A stretch of 63,993 bases of DNA, the filler included, from Sphacelaria rigidula (taxonomy: Eukaryota), in assembly GCA_964200075.2 (NCBI GenBank). It is 3 parts of 3 records of this genome, joined end to end, with 100 filler letters (N's around TTAATTAATTAA, not from the genome) between each part and the next. Parts side by side here need not be neighbours in the genome. Positions count along the whole stretch, not along the records: positions 1 to 21,743 come from CAXNAA020000389.1; 2 more parts are not named here. One strand, 5' to 3'. Positions 1 through 13,900 of the stretch are shown piece by piece (positions within the stretch are counted from its first letter, which is position 1; each line of letters opens with the position of its first letter). Position numbers and translations under genes: made by a program. The notes below the pieces were generated by a model. It ran no database searches. It saw only the letters and a program-made list of their open reading frames with translations, and had not been told where the DNA came from.

Positions 1-1922
1 CGGGTGAAGACCCCGTTCACCAGGAGGGTGTCATTGACCGTAAATGGTCCAAGAAACATAGTTTTCCTGCTTTAGCGCAGTGACTAGGTGGAATTGAAGA
101 AAAACAATCATTTTTAGGTCTTCATTGATATGATCCGGATCGAGTTGGTCCACCGAAAACACCGAATAGCTAGAGCCAGGGATCGTCTTTTCGCAGGACC
201 CCCGAAGATCGGTCGAGCCGGTAAGTCACTCAATATTGATCGCAGATATATGTTCTTCCAATATTTGTCAACAGGATCAAAATATCCCCAGATGCCCTTT
301 TTTTGCATCCAGCAGTCACCGTGATGAGCGGTGGCAAGCAAAACAAATTTGGACAATCTTTGAGAAAGTAAGAAATTACGGATTCCGCAGCTGGATTCCG
401 CATACTTCTGACGCTGACTGTGTATACATCAACTATAGTAGTGTCAGAGAGCAGTCATGCGCAACATGATGGAGCAATGTCAACTTCGGGTAGCCTTCAA
501 CTCGCAGCAAACACACACAGGGAATCACAAGTGCCAATGCATGATACAGCGCACCGCACAGCAGCCAACACGTTGCACCCTCTGCATACGCCTACTCTTT
601 GCCACACTCATTGCCTACCTGGTACGGTACAGGTACGCAGTCAGAGTACGCGGACCACAGGCGATCAATGCATTGCGTTGTCGCCGCAGCCGGGACCTAC
701 ATATATCGGACAATGAGTGCTTCTCCACGACACAGCGACATACCTCCTTGCCCCCTCCCGCTGAGATATGCATGCCCAACCTCTGTAGTGCCACTTATCC
801 GGGCTGATGTGGAGCCCTCTTCCCCAAAATCGTCTGCTCCCTCAGCATCATATGTTAGGCCTTGGAGCATGACCGTCTCAATGTGTTTTCCCGTTTCGGA
901 TTATTTATATGATCAACACACCGCCTCCATAACATTGAAAGAATAACACTGGATCTCTCGTCCACTGTTTGAAACAATCACAGCCCTCTCACACGTAAAT
1001 GCCTGCATCATTTGCCTTTTTCGGAAGGGTATTTGGGATTTTCACTATCCATTTTCAAGCGCAGACTCGCGAACATTCTGTATGTGTTGAGCCATTTTGG
1101 TGAGCCAACGGCGGTTTTGGTATTTGTCATTATTCCAAGGTCGGTACAAACTGTACGATGGCAAATGACGGTTCACATTACAGTGAGATTCGGCACGACG
1201 CACCACACAACAGGACACGATATACGAAATACTGAGTATAAACAAACCACACATCACAGGTGCGTTCATCTTCATTTCAAGATTGCCCCGCGGAACAATG
1301 CGGACGAGTTTGAAAGGGGAAAACTCCTGCTCCGTGCCTTATTTCAGACAGGTTTTCGTGTTTCCGTTGCTCTTCTGACACTCTTACTGTTGTAAGGAAC
1401 ACGCACTCACCAGCCCATGATGCGGTGGGTAGATTAGCTGCACTGCACTGTACCGTATCATCTGTGCTGCGCTCCACCGTCGCACTATTACTCATGATGC
1501 ACTGACAACCGCTGGCAGATAACATCATTTCACACACTATATTTTCATCCCTGTCGTCATTCCAACAAGCACGATCAAGTGTTTGAACCTATGCGGAAAG
1601 AGCTCGATTTGTTTGAATCTTTCTGAAAGCAGAATAACTGATAATGGTTGAAGAGAATACAAACAAGAAGTAAACATGCGCCCGTTTTTTTTTTCAAGTA
1701 GATCGAATCAGGTACAGTGCACACTAAATTCGGTAGTATCATTGGAGATATTTGCAGAACATAAAAACATTTATGTACCCGATTGAGGTAGATTTAATCT
1801 CCTGCTGCGGGCTGTCAACAGGCCAGAGTACAGACTGACACCTGCTGCGCACTCCGGAAAAGTAGAACACAGGCATACTTCAATAACGAAGGAGACGATT
1901 GACGCAGTGTAGACAAGAGGTT

Positions 1923-4900
1923 ATGGCTGACGGCAAGGCGCACGAGGCAAAAGTGAGTACTGACGGTGGCGGTGACAAAGGATGCCATCAGACACCGAAG
2001 CCGACAGCGCCATTATCAAGGGTAGTCATGGGAGTGGGCGGTCGTCACCAACAAAAGACCTCATCTTTGATGGACGTCATGTTTCCATCATCTGGTACGG
2101 AACAACCTAGAAGAGGCGCAGCAACAACGCGCCGAACCACCTCAACTCGTCTCAACCAAAACAATAACCCTCTAGTCAACGACGAAGACGTACTGCTACA
2201 TCTGATGCCTTTCGCAGAAGCCGAGGGTTATCAATTTGTGGGCGGGGTCAGTAAATGTTGGCGCGATGCTTGGGATGGTGGCCACGGTGGAAACTCCGGC
2301 CTCAAACGCGAATCCACGCTAGCCTCGGCTGTAGAGTCAGCATCTCGGTTAGCTTGGGCCAAGGCAGGAGGTTGTCGATGGGACGCTACCATCTGTCAGC
2401 GGGCGGCGGCAGGGGGGCATCTGGACACATTGCGATTTGCGAGAAGTCGAGGGTGTCTATGGGACGAGAGGACCTGCACTCAAGCGGCGGCGTCGGGGCA
2501 GCTATCTATCTTGAGGTGGGCGCATGCCAACGGATGTCCATGGGACGCGCAGACTTGTGCTACGGCTGCCTGGGGAGGCGATTTGGACATGCTCAGGTAT
2601 GTTTTTCCTTGTGACCAAAAACCACTCTAGTCCTTCTGCTTTGTCGCCGTGCAAGCTGACACGAGGCCACGATCTACTGTTACTAGCTCGCTACCTTCTG
2701 TCTTTGCATCCGTTGCATCCATTACATCCGACCCGTGCCTTCGCTGCCTCCGCTGCTTGTGCTGCTGCTGTGGTTTTTCTCAGCTATAATCTTTCGGTAG
2801 GACACATGAGAACGGACGGTGATACTTTTTGGTTTGGCTTTGTAGGGTGACTCTTTGTTCTGTGTTGTCCTTATCCCGAAGACCAAGTCTCCACGAAAGC
2901 GGCAGCCGTAGATGTTGATCCTCCGTATTGTACATACAGTACAAGAATGCATTTCATGTGTGTGTACGTTTCTTCCGTTGATCTACGGTGCGAGTTACTG
3001 ACGGTTATTCATCCACTGGAGAGGGGTACGCTGACCTGCGCTTCCTCGTGTATCATGTCACTGTGTGTGCGTATTTTGTCTCAGTTCAAGCTCATGCATA
3101 TTTGAGTTACGGTGGGGTCCACGAGATGTGGGAGGACACAGCAGAGGTGATGAAACTCTGAAGACGGCACATTTCTTCCGTGTTTTCCCTGGTTTCCCCG
3201 TGAATCCCGACGTTTCGGTGGATAAATTCCGGAGCAACTAGCCTGAAACTCGAACCGTCAGTCATTCAGACAGGCGGCACTCTTTACGGACGGAACTGGA
3301 AGTAGAGCTAGGTTGCACGACGTTGTCTACCGCTCTTCGGTTGTACTGGAATTGTATCAAACAATAATCGACGAATTGATATCGGTAGTCCACCCTGAAT
3401 CCTGTATATGGACTAACTTATCTCTCCACTTGATTCACTGCTTTCTGTCATTATGAGCTGAGCTCGCTTCGTTGTCAGGGTACACCATTATATGCTGTTT
3501 TCATATCTACTCTGCACTGCATTCACACTTTGTGGTACTACTGTGTTAGTGGCTGTTCAAGCTGTCCTTTGGACTGTCCTGTGCTGTGGGTGTGGCGCAC
3601 TGCTGCCCCCCGCCTGTCGTTGAGTTCGAGCTTGTTGCTGACCCTACACGCAGCCTTGTACGGGACAACAAGAGATCGGGCGTGTCCCCTTCCACTTATC
3701 GCTGTCTTCTCCCGATCAAAACCGTACATACATTTGAAATACATCATGAACCAGATGGGCCAGGCGAGCGGGCTGCCCATGGGACGCGTCCACGTGCAAG
3801 GAGGCGGCGGCCGGCGGGCACCTTGAGGTGTTGCAGTGGGCAAGGGCCAACGGTTGCCCCTGGGACAAGGTACGCACCTCTGTGCCTTCGGTTGTGAGTA
3901 ACACCACCTGTAGACTGGAGGTTAGCTGGAAGTTATGGCTTATGAAGAGGTCCGCAGGATTATTTATATTTTGCGTAAGATGGTCCTGTGCATCCATACG
4001 CTTCCTCATACAAAATAGAAGATAGCTTGTGGACGACCCTCCACCTACGACCGAGCATGTCGATGGACGGTATGAGGCTCTTATGGTCTGGTGGGCGATC
4101 CTAGGACGAGACCAAATAGAATAATGTCCGTCCCTTTCATACATTGTATGACGTGAAATTCGTCCTCACACCTGCGGGCATGGCAACTTTCAACTTTCAA
4201 AGTTTACATGCGTGTTTGTAGGCAAAAGCATGCAGTCACTTGTTTGCACGCTGAGGAGTAATCATCACCCTGCAGCACCACAAGAAAGAAGCAAACCACC
4301 TGCCTCTCCCTGCCGCAATCTTGAACACTCAGGACACGTCCTCCTTCACAGCGAGAATGGGACATCTCGAGGTGCTCAAGTGGTGCCGGGACCAGGGATG
4401 CCCGTGGAGTTCTGCAACCATAACGTTCGCTGCAGGAGGTGGTCATCTGGATGTGGTCATGTGGTGTAGAGAAAAGGGGTGCGACTGGGATAAGACCACG
4501 TGCGCCGCTGCTGCTAGAGAGGGGCACCTCGAAGTCCTACAATGGTGCAGGGCACAGGTGTGTGTTCCATGTAGGGTACACGTTTGGGTCTACAATGGTC
4601 CCGTGTGGTGTGGCGTAGAGTCGGGATCCATTATGGTGTTATCCTTTGCGTCGCGAAAGAACCCGCCATATCTGGCTACTTTTCGTGCGTGATACATGTC
4701 ATAAATCACGGTTGAATTCGTAGAGATAAGGGGGCTTGGCAAGCTACACCTTCCGTGGGGGCTTCCTTTCTCAACCCTGAGGCTTTTGTCGTATGTGTGT
4801 GGTGAAGTCCCTCTACCATAAACGGATGAAGCGCATAAAATACCAAGTTTATCCCACATATCACATTTCCGTCGTGCCTTCCGCCACATATATGGTGAAG

Positions 4901-7900
4901 GTTTTGGGGGGGTCTCGAAATGCTTCGGGACTGTTGTCTGTGGTGCGCGCATGCCTGAGTTTTCCCGCGCGGCAGCAGCCCACATTTTCACCAAACGAGC
5001 AAATTATTTCTTCGCACAACCGATGCGCTCCCTGTACAGCTTTGACACAAGTATCGCATACCAGCAGAATCGAAGACAACCGGTCTCATTGCTGTGTGTG
5101 AGTTTTTTGAGACGGAACTGGGTGTGTCACGTACAATTTGAACCTCAGTGTTCCATAGCAAAATATTGACAAATGTTCTGGATGCGGCCAATGCTGGCGA
5201 GAATCACGACCTTCTTCCCTCACAATCTGTGAGTGTGACATTCAATGTAAATCTCAGTGTTGCATAGCAAAATATCGACAAATGTTCTGGATGCAGCCAA
5301 TGCTGGCGAGAATCACGACCTTTTTTGCCTCACAACCTCGTGGTGCGTCGTTTAACCGTGTCGCCAACCCTGCGATGGTTACGGCCAAGGTGGGTCACCC
5401 CATTATTTAACGCCAATTTTTTTAGTCGAACTCGTTTTTTTCAATCCCGGGGTTACGCGGTGTTCGCAGGCGTTTTCCGCCAATTTCTACAAGTACTGTC
5501 ATACTAAATAGCAGCATTACACGTATAGTAGCCGTATTTCGTCGACGCCCGTTTCGCCGTGTTCACGGTTGGCGGCCGATTCTCCCTTGAGTTCGTGCGC
5601 CGAACAGTCAACTTCTCCCTGACGACTCGTATGTGTGTATGGGCATGTCTACTCGCGCGATCGCTTCAGTCAACTTGATGCATCAGGTGTCTTTCACGAC
5701 TCAACACTGAACATCCCGTGTGTGAGCACGTTAAGGAGCAATAGAAGTAATCTCGAACTCGAGACAGGAGGTATCTCAGGCTCGAGGTTCGCGCGGGCAT
5801 ATCTTACGGCAATTTACTGCTGTAAAATTTACGAGACAGCTCGAGTTGAACCCTTCGGCCACCAGGAAGGTGGTCCATCTGGATCATGCATACTTTTTTC
5901 AAGAGTTTTTTTTTGTCGGTTCAATATATGACCTGATCTCCTCGTTGCCGAAGGGTTGAGGTAACTCTTCGTGTCAGTGACTCGCCAGGGACATCCGAAA
6001 GTAAGATATCCGAAGCAAATGATGCCGATGACGGCGATGCGTCATTGAAGAGCTTCGTTCCGTCGCCGCAGTTTTCGCTTCGTCTCGATATCGTTCTTCG
6101 CTCCTCACGTACCATACACCCTGTCACCCGTTGACGATAGGCAGTGCGAGCGTAGACAACGCAAGTGCGAACAGCCTAACTTGCGTAACTCAATCCATCC
6201 TGGCTTTCGTTGTACTGTTTGCTACGTACATCGCGCTTGCGTTAGCCCTTTCATCTTTCCGAGGTAGGCACATCCCTACATTTCCCTACACCTCAAACCG
6301 TCATAGAAAGTCGGAGTAGTTCCGAAATCTATGGCGTGGGTGTGTCAGGTGGCGCTCGAACACGATTCGTTCCAAATTTCCTCGAGTAGGACGAATCATC
6401 GCCTGTTCGAATAACGAAATCCACGATTTTTTGGCCTGACTGCTCGAAAGAGGGCAAAAGTTGACCGCTGATCAAGAAGGGCTTCCACGTGATTTTTGCG
6501 CCATTCCACGTGCCTCGGCTGCGCGAAACTGGGTTGCAACACTCAAAACCAAGACTCAGCATTGGATCGTACGATTCATACGATACGCATCGACACTAGA
6601 ATCGAGGTAATTTCCAGTTGATAGTTCATCCCACCCTTGCAAATTTCAAAGCCATGTGTAGGTCAAGAAGCAGAAGGAAGTCTGATCGTCATATTTGATG
6701 TTTATCCTTCGACGGCGTGGGGTGGGTTAGAAGGTCGATGGCGTGACGTACATTCAACAGATTTGAAACACTTTGGCCTTGTGACAGCGAGGGTAGGGCA
6801 CCCGCTGAATCGGCATCAATTTCACTTGACATAATGGGTGATCCACATGGACTACCCACATCGCGGTCTAGGGGTTGACCCTTAGACCGTGAGATTAGTC
6901 TTTCTGGATCATGCATCGTTTTTTTCAGTTGAAATTGATGCCGATTCAACAGAAGACTGACCTCGCGGTCTAAGGGTTGACCCTTACGCGGAGAGAGGTG
7001 GGTCTGCTGAATCGGCATCAATCTCCCTTGAAAAAAGTATACATGATGCAGATGGAATACCGTCGCGGTCTAGGGGTAAAGGGTCCTACCTGAGTACGGT
7101 TGAAGGGTCGAACAACAGTGCACGACCGCATGAATCATTGGCGCTGACTGCGGAATGCTTGGTATGCGCCACTAGTCATCAGGTAATGGAGACTACATAG
7201 CTGTATCGTCATCAGCGTGTACGCTCAAACTGGCGATATTTTTTCCAGGCCCATTTCCTGCTGGGATGTTGATACGGTATATTTTGAGGAACTCGTTGAA
7301 ATTGTCAACCTCGATGAGATGATACGGCTTCCGTCCAAGTGGTTTTCATTTCATGAAACACGAAAGTAACGCATGTCTCCATTATCCCCGAATGTAGTTC
7401 GTGTGATGCGAGCCCCAGACCTAATTTTCCCCACTACTCGTATGTCTGGAGTGGTCACCAATACAGTATAGTGGTGTTATCATTCCCGTCTATTCTGCAA
7501 TTTCCCCGAATGTAGTTCGTGTGATGCGAGTCAGACCTCATTTCCCCCTACTACTCGTATTTCTGGAGTGGTCACCAATACAGTACAACAGTGGCGTCTG
7601 CATTCCCGTCTTTTGTGAACGGTATTTGGTATTGGGTCGAAAATGTATCGCCCCGAATACGCATAGGATATTAATATTTTCTAAGCGTGTTTTTTGGGCC
7701 CTTGAGGCCGGATGTTATGGCATACAGATTTTTGGCCCACTGATTGTTCACTTTTTGGAAGTTTTGCCCCACGTTTGACTCCCAAACAGGGAAAATCGCC
7801 AACACACGTTTTGGACACTTTGCATCACCCCATAGAGAGGAGCCTAGTCTGCTTTTCTGATTCGCTTGGCCCCAAGGTTTCGAGAGCCGCCGCTGAACAA

Positions 7901-10877
7901 TAATCCGTGTGCAATGAAATCTGCGCCAACCTCCACAGATTTTTGGGCAAACTGGCGGGGGTCGGCAAGCACAGAATTTTGCACACGAATTTTTGTTCAG
8001 CGGCCAATCTCAAAACCTCGAAGCCAAGCGAATCTGAAAAGCAGACTAGGCTCCTCTCTCTGTGGGGTGATGCAAAGTGTCCGAGACGTGTGTTGGCGAT
8101 TTTCCCTGTTTGAGTGTCAAGAAGTGGCTCAAACATCCCACAAGTGAACAACCCGTGGGCCAAAAGTCTGCGTGCTTAACATCCGGCCTAACTTGTTTTT
8201 TTCTGGCCAATCTTATGCGAGAAAGTATCCCCCAAAATTACCCAATATATCCGCATATTCTCGCATGGATATTCCAGATATGATAAATCTTGCCCAAAAT
8301 TACACCAATACACCGAATCTATGTACGATACGGACGTGGATATCACGCGATTTGTGAACATCAAAATCGGCCGTATTTTATGTTGTCTCCAGGCTTCCGA
8401 TCCTTGGCGCGCATGTAACAATGGTGTCGCCCCACCACACCCGTGCACACGAAAAACAAAACCACTACGCACCATATACCACACACCACACAAACATGTG
8501 TGATGAGCAACTCCTGGTCAACACCCCCAGCCGACAGCACTGCATCTGGACAGCAAAGTAATGTCACAAATTGGTGAGAGAAGAAAAACTTGACAACAAC
8601 TCCGACTACCACCGTCACTTGAAGGCGTGTCTTGCCTCTACTTGTTTGCTCTGCTTGTTCGCGTTTTGAGCGTTTGGACGCGTCGTCCCTCTGGCGCTGG
8701 CGTGTCTGCCTCTATGCAGTATGCGCGGCACGTGCACCAAGTGTATGCAGCTCACTGATGAGACACGTAACTCGTCACTCGTTACACTAGGGGGCAGCGT
8801 AATCACAAATTCTTGACATGCAGGCCCCAAGATCGAAAAATTAAGTTATTCAGGGGAGGGGCAACACCCACCCGACTATCCCCTGGTTTATTGCCGAAGC
8901 GTTGGCGGATGCGGTCAGCTGCTGTGGACAGAGATCCTTTCGGGACAGCGGACAAGGAGCAGAAGTAAATATGTAGACCCCGCAAAATCCACCAGACTTT
9001 TGGGTGTTTTCGGTGTTGATCGATCAATTTTTAAAAAAATAGAATCAGCACAACTTTCGAAAAATCTCCTCCGGCATCTGAGGTCATCGGGACAGACTGG
9101 GCAAGGAGCAGAAGCAGATATTGTACGAATCTCGCAGAGCCCACCAGACTTTTCGTTTTTTGTCAATGTTTATTGATCAATTTTATGAAACAAAATCATC
9201 AGAAAAAATCAAAACAGATGAACTTCTTGTAACGAAGTTGACAAGAAAATTCATGACACTTGACATTTCGATAAAATGTCCTCCGGGGAGGAGGGGGGGG
9301 GGGGGGGGGGGGGGCCTGGATGTCCGAAAATTTCCTCCGCGTTGCCTCCTGATTACACACATGAATAACACGAGTATACCACACCCTTCGAGTTAATCTG
9401 CATAATCTGGGCGACTCGTCCCTATATCCAGAGATATCTCGAGGGAAATCGGGTGCAATCTCGTATACGCACAGGATGGTCCAAATACCTGGATACGATA
9501 CTTCTTATACGAGATTGCAGATATATGCGATTTTTTTCACCCAAAATATCTATTTTCTGTTGGAGCCATTTTCAGACCTAATCAGATGCCCAGTACGAAT
9601 ATACCACGCAGATATCGAAACGGTTTTTAATGTGAATACAAGAACGACAATACCGAATTCTACACAGTCCACACCCTTCGGTATGTGTGGGCGCATCAGC
9701 CGGGGTCGCACACAGGAAGGCCAACACAAGAGTTCTCATTTTTTCATCTTGATTCAGCACACCACCTTCCTTCTCTGGTGCCTGTCTTACTTTTTATCGC
9801 GAAAAGGGTTCAGCGGTCTTTTTTCCTCATCGACCGTGAAGTCGAACTTTTTTTGCCCACGGCATGTCGGTCTCCGCTGGCCGTTGGGTATGATTTGAGG
9901 GAAAGTCCTAGATCGTATGACTTCACCCGAGATTCGAACCCATGACCCAAACGTCAGACGATGTCGAGATTACCAACTGAGCCACCGCGGCGAGCGCAGC
10001 TCCACGAAACACCCAAACGGGCAGTGGTGTCGTGGATGTCTTGTGTATGATATCCTGATTTTTATCCCACGTATTCTGATGCTTCTTACTCTGTCTCATC
10101 GTCATGAAGCCCCTCAAGCCTCGAGCCCGCTGTGCTACTGTAGGATACAAGCCCAAATAATTTCATCATGATCATGTCCTCTGGGAGATCTCCAATTTCA
10201 CAGACCCCTTTATCGTTGAGGAGATCTCGTACCATCTTCGTCACCAGTGTTGCGCCAAAAAAAAAAAATCGGAACATAATTTGACGGCTGCTCCCTCATG
10301 TGAACTGCTGCAACGCATAGCAGCAGAGATGGTAAAGCGGACTTGTTGACGGTGGTTCTCATAACATATGACCGAAGTTACAGCACCTTTCAGCGTCTAC
10401 CGCGCCCACGGGGCCGTGTGTCATGAACTGCGCACCTCAGCATACAATATGCCGATCGGTACACTCCCGATGGTCATGATCCAGAAAGGGCCCAAGTGCA
10501 AACCCGTGGCCGCTCAAGATGTGGAAGTTAGTGGACGTGCGCGTGCATATATGCATTCATCTGTGGTGTACGAAGTCTGAACTACGGGACAGCCGCTCTG
10601 AGGGCGCATCGACGGGATTTCCCGAAATTGCTTGTGGCCATGTCGGTAATTTGTGGGGGGCTCAATCGTGCGGGCGCTTGGCGCACAGTTTACCTGTATT
10701 GTGTCCGACTCGTGCGCAAACTTTCATGAGGGAACGCGAAGTCCCAGGCGAGAAATCAACAACGAAAGTTGCTCTGAAAACTGGAGGTTTACCGTCGGAA
10801 AGTATCCCAATAACACGAGATCGGTTACCTCCTGGTTACGCCTCATCAGATTCGGTTACGCAGTATTACGGGACTGC

Positions 10878-10929
<52 letters not shown>

Positions 10930-13900
10930 ACACACACACTCGAGTCACACCTGTAGCGTACGTACCACAGTACAGGAGTAAACAGTAGCCTGGTACGGAT
11001 AGAACAGCAGCACAGAAACGAAGCTGCATGCAGACAAGCAGGCAGCGAGTGGTACATTGCCGATGCAGGGCGTCATAGCGACGCTCGTGAAACGACATGT
11101 CCTTATGTTTGTATGGCGCCGTTGCCACCAGCAGCGGCCGCCATGCTGATGGGTGCAAGCAGTACCCTGGCGGTGCCGTATGTCCACGCTATGCTATGGG
11201 TTGCTTATTCTATAGAAGCACGGGGTCTGCCCCAGCCAGTCGAACGCTGCATACCGACGTGGTTGTGTGTTTTTACCCAGCCATGTTCGGTATCACGCAA
11301 ATGGCAAATGATGAATCTCGGTAGCATGAAGTTTTCAACAGTCAAGTGTGTAGACAGCACTCCGTCCCGACTATGTTGTACAGACAGATTTCACACAACA
11401 GTACCGCATCTCAGGCAACCTCAGCGGAGACCAAACCGTCTCCGCAAGGTCTAAATACACCACAAAACAGAACATAGCTGCAGCACATATGACAGCGGAC
11501 GTGATTGTGTTTGTGCTGCAGTACAGTAAAACAGGACATGTCCCATGATTTAGTTCTTCGCTTGATTTTGAACAGGTCCTCAGTGTTCGCCGGGTGCCGA
11601 TCTCGAACGCGCGATCATAATCTGCTTGGCGCAAATGATGAAATTCGCTACAAAAATCATCCCCATGTAGGGGCCTTGTGCTGCTTACACAGACGGGAGG
11701 AATATTGTTAGAGGTGGTGTATTTCAAACTCGATATTTCCGGCATTTTTCACAGTAATATACAAGCAAATATATCGAGAACCTCGGGTTTGAGATTCCTT
11801 TAATAACGCCACCATGCTCATATGGGCAGAGAACATGGGCTTCGCACTAAATCGTCTGGTCGGCCGGCACACGTTGGTGTCGTGTGGTCGACCCGCAGAT
11901 TACAGCAGCGCAGCCGAATATGATGTTCACTGAGGATAAAATCTGCTGTTTCTCCACGTGCACCTTGCTCTTTCTTTCCTGAAGGATATCGTCTATAGTA
12001 TGAAGGTTTCCTTGACGAGTCTCGTGCTGCCCAGCTCCGCCCCACATCCGACGGTTGACACAATCTCGTTATGGAGGTGGGGATGCTTATCGGGGGGGAA
12101 ATCGACCTGAAGTGACTCGATTCGATTGTAAATCGATATATACTGTCGCATCTTCGATGTATCAAATACATCATGCCTGAAAAACCAGTATGCTGAGCAC
12201 CAACGTTCGCCTGACTCGATGATGGGTAGTTTTTGACACATGATTGAGGTACGGGTACTGCAATCTGCTGGTACCCGATTAGCGTTCTCTTATTGAGGGA
12301 TATCTGGTCTTGTTTCAACGCCTTGAGCACCAGGCCGCGGTTCAACAGAGTATTCTCGGCCAGAAGAAGTCGCACTAGAAAACGTGTTCAACGTTTCGTA
12401 GGCGAAGAGTCTCGTTTGCACAGCATGATCGTCAAGCCCTCGCACACAGTCCTTGGCTGCACTGGCTCCGTGCAGGGGAAGGTTTTAGTCATTACTGTGT
12501 AGTATTAACTCCCTTTCGATCATATGCGGGGCGAATATTTGGGATGCCAACACTTGAACAGTGTCGCCTCGGAACAGTTTTAGAGGCGGACAATCCTTGG
12601 ACACAGAGGTTTCCAGAGGCCGGGAGAGGGGGGGATGTTACTCATGATCTTGCATGCCATAGTCATGAGACCATTGGCGGAGCACGCCGGGTTTTCGCCA
12701 GACCAGGCTCGCACTCAATTACCAAGCGCCAAGCGCCGTGTTGTGTTCGGCGAGTCGCATGCAGGGTGAGCTGCATCCTGCTGAGATTGTTCGGCCCGAC
12801 GCCTACCGATTATCTTGCATTTGCATGACAGCCCCCAATGAGTTGCTTCATTTTCTGGTACCGCCACTTCCAGAGACGGCCATGACTTATACACTGCCTC
12901 ATGGGTGTCTCACGATTCAAACATGACGTAGTACGACGATCCCCATTGTGCAGAGTTGAGGTTCTCCTAGGCCGCACAACATGATCAAGCTCGACTACCA
13001 TCATACTACCGCAAAAAAACGCAAGCGCACAAAAAAAAACGGTAACCTGGTTGCCTAGCTTACGTGATGAGGGGCGTGTTTTATAGCGTCATCGCCGACT
13101 GACGCCAACCCCATCGGGGGTCCGCCCCATAAAGCCGGGACTGATGGGTCAGAAACACCCCGCATGTGTAGAAAGGTTGAGGCCAGAGATGCATGTTGAC
13201 GCGGCAGCAGATGATCATGCACGATGCTGGAACTCCTCCCAAAAATATCATCACTCTGCAGTAAAATATCCATCTGTGATGTTGTTGGTTGTGGTATACT
13301 TGGGTGTAGAATCAGCCATCACCGTGTCCGCTCTGGATACACTGAAAATGTTGAGTTAAAAGTCTTCCACGATTTGTCATAGCTTGTTTCGATTGTGCCC
13401 CTTTTCTGTTCGCGTCCACGTTGATCGTTTCACTTCCAGGGGTGCCCCTGGGACGAGTCCACCTGCTCTTGCGCTGTGTATGAGGGCCACCTCGAGGTGC
13501 TCCAGTGGAGCAGGGCCAACGGATGTCCTTGGGATGCCAACTCGTGCCGATTCGCGGCAGGGCAAGGTCACCTTGAGGTCCTGAAGTGGTGCAAGGCCAA
13601 CGGGGGGCGCTGGGATGCGCGGACGTGCATCAATGCCGCCGGATCTGGACACATGGAGGTACACAAACGTAGCCGTATTCGTTACCCTGTTTTTGATCGA
13701 ATGGAAGTAAAAACTCGGGTGTAAGCATCGAGGGTGTTTGGATGCGCACATTTGCATTTGCATCAATGCCCCTGGATGTTGGCCCTTAACGTAGGCGCGG
13801 TATTTTTCTCGTTGATCCAGTTCTGTAGTGAAGACGCATGGGTTGTCTTGCTTTTCTTGTCTTTCGCTACACGCTGAAGGAAAAACTCTGGTTGTGAGCA

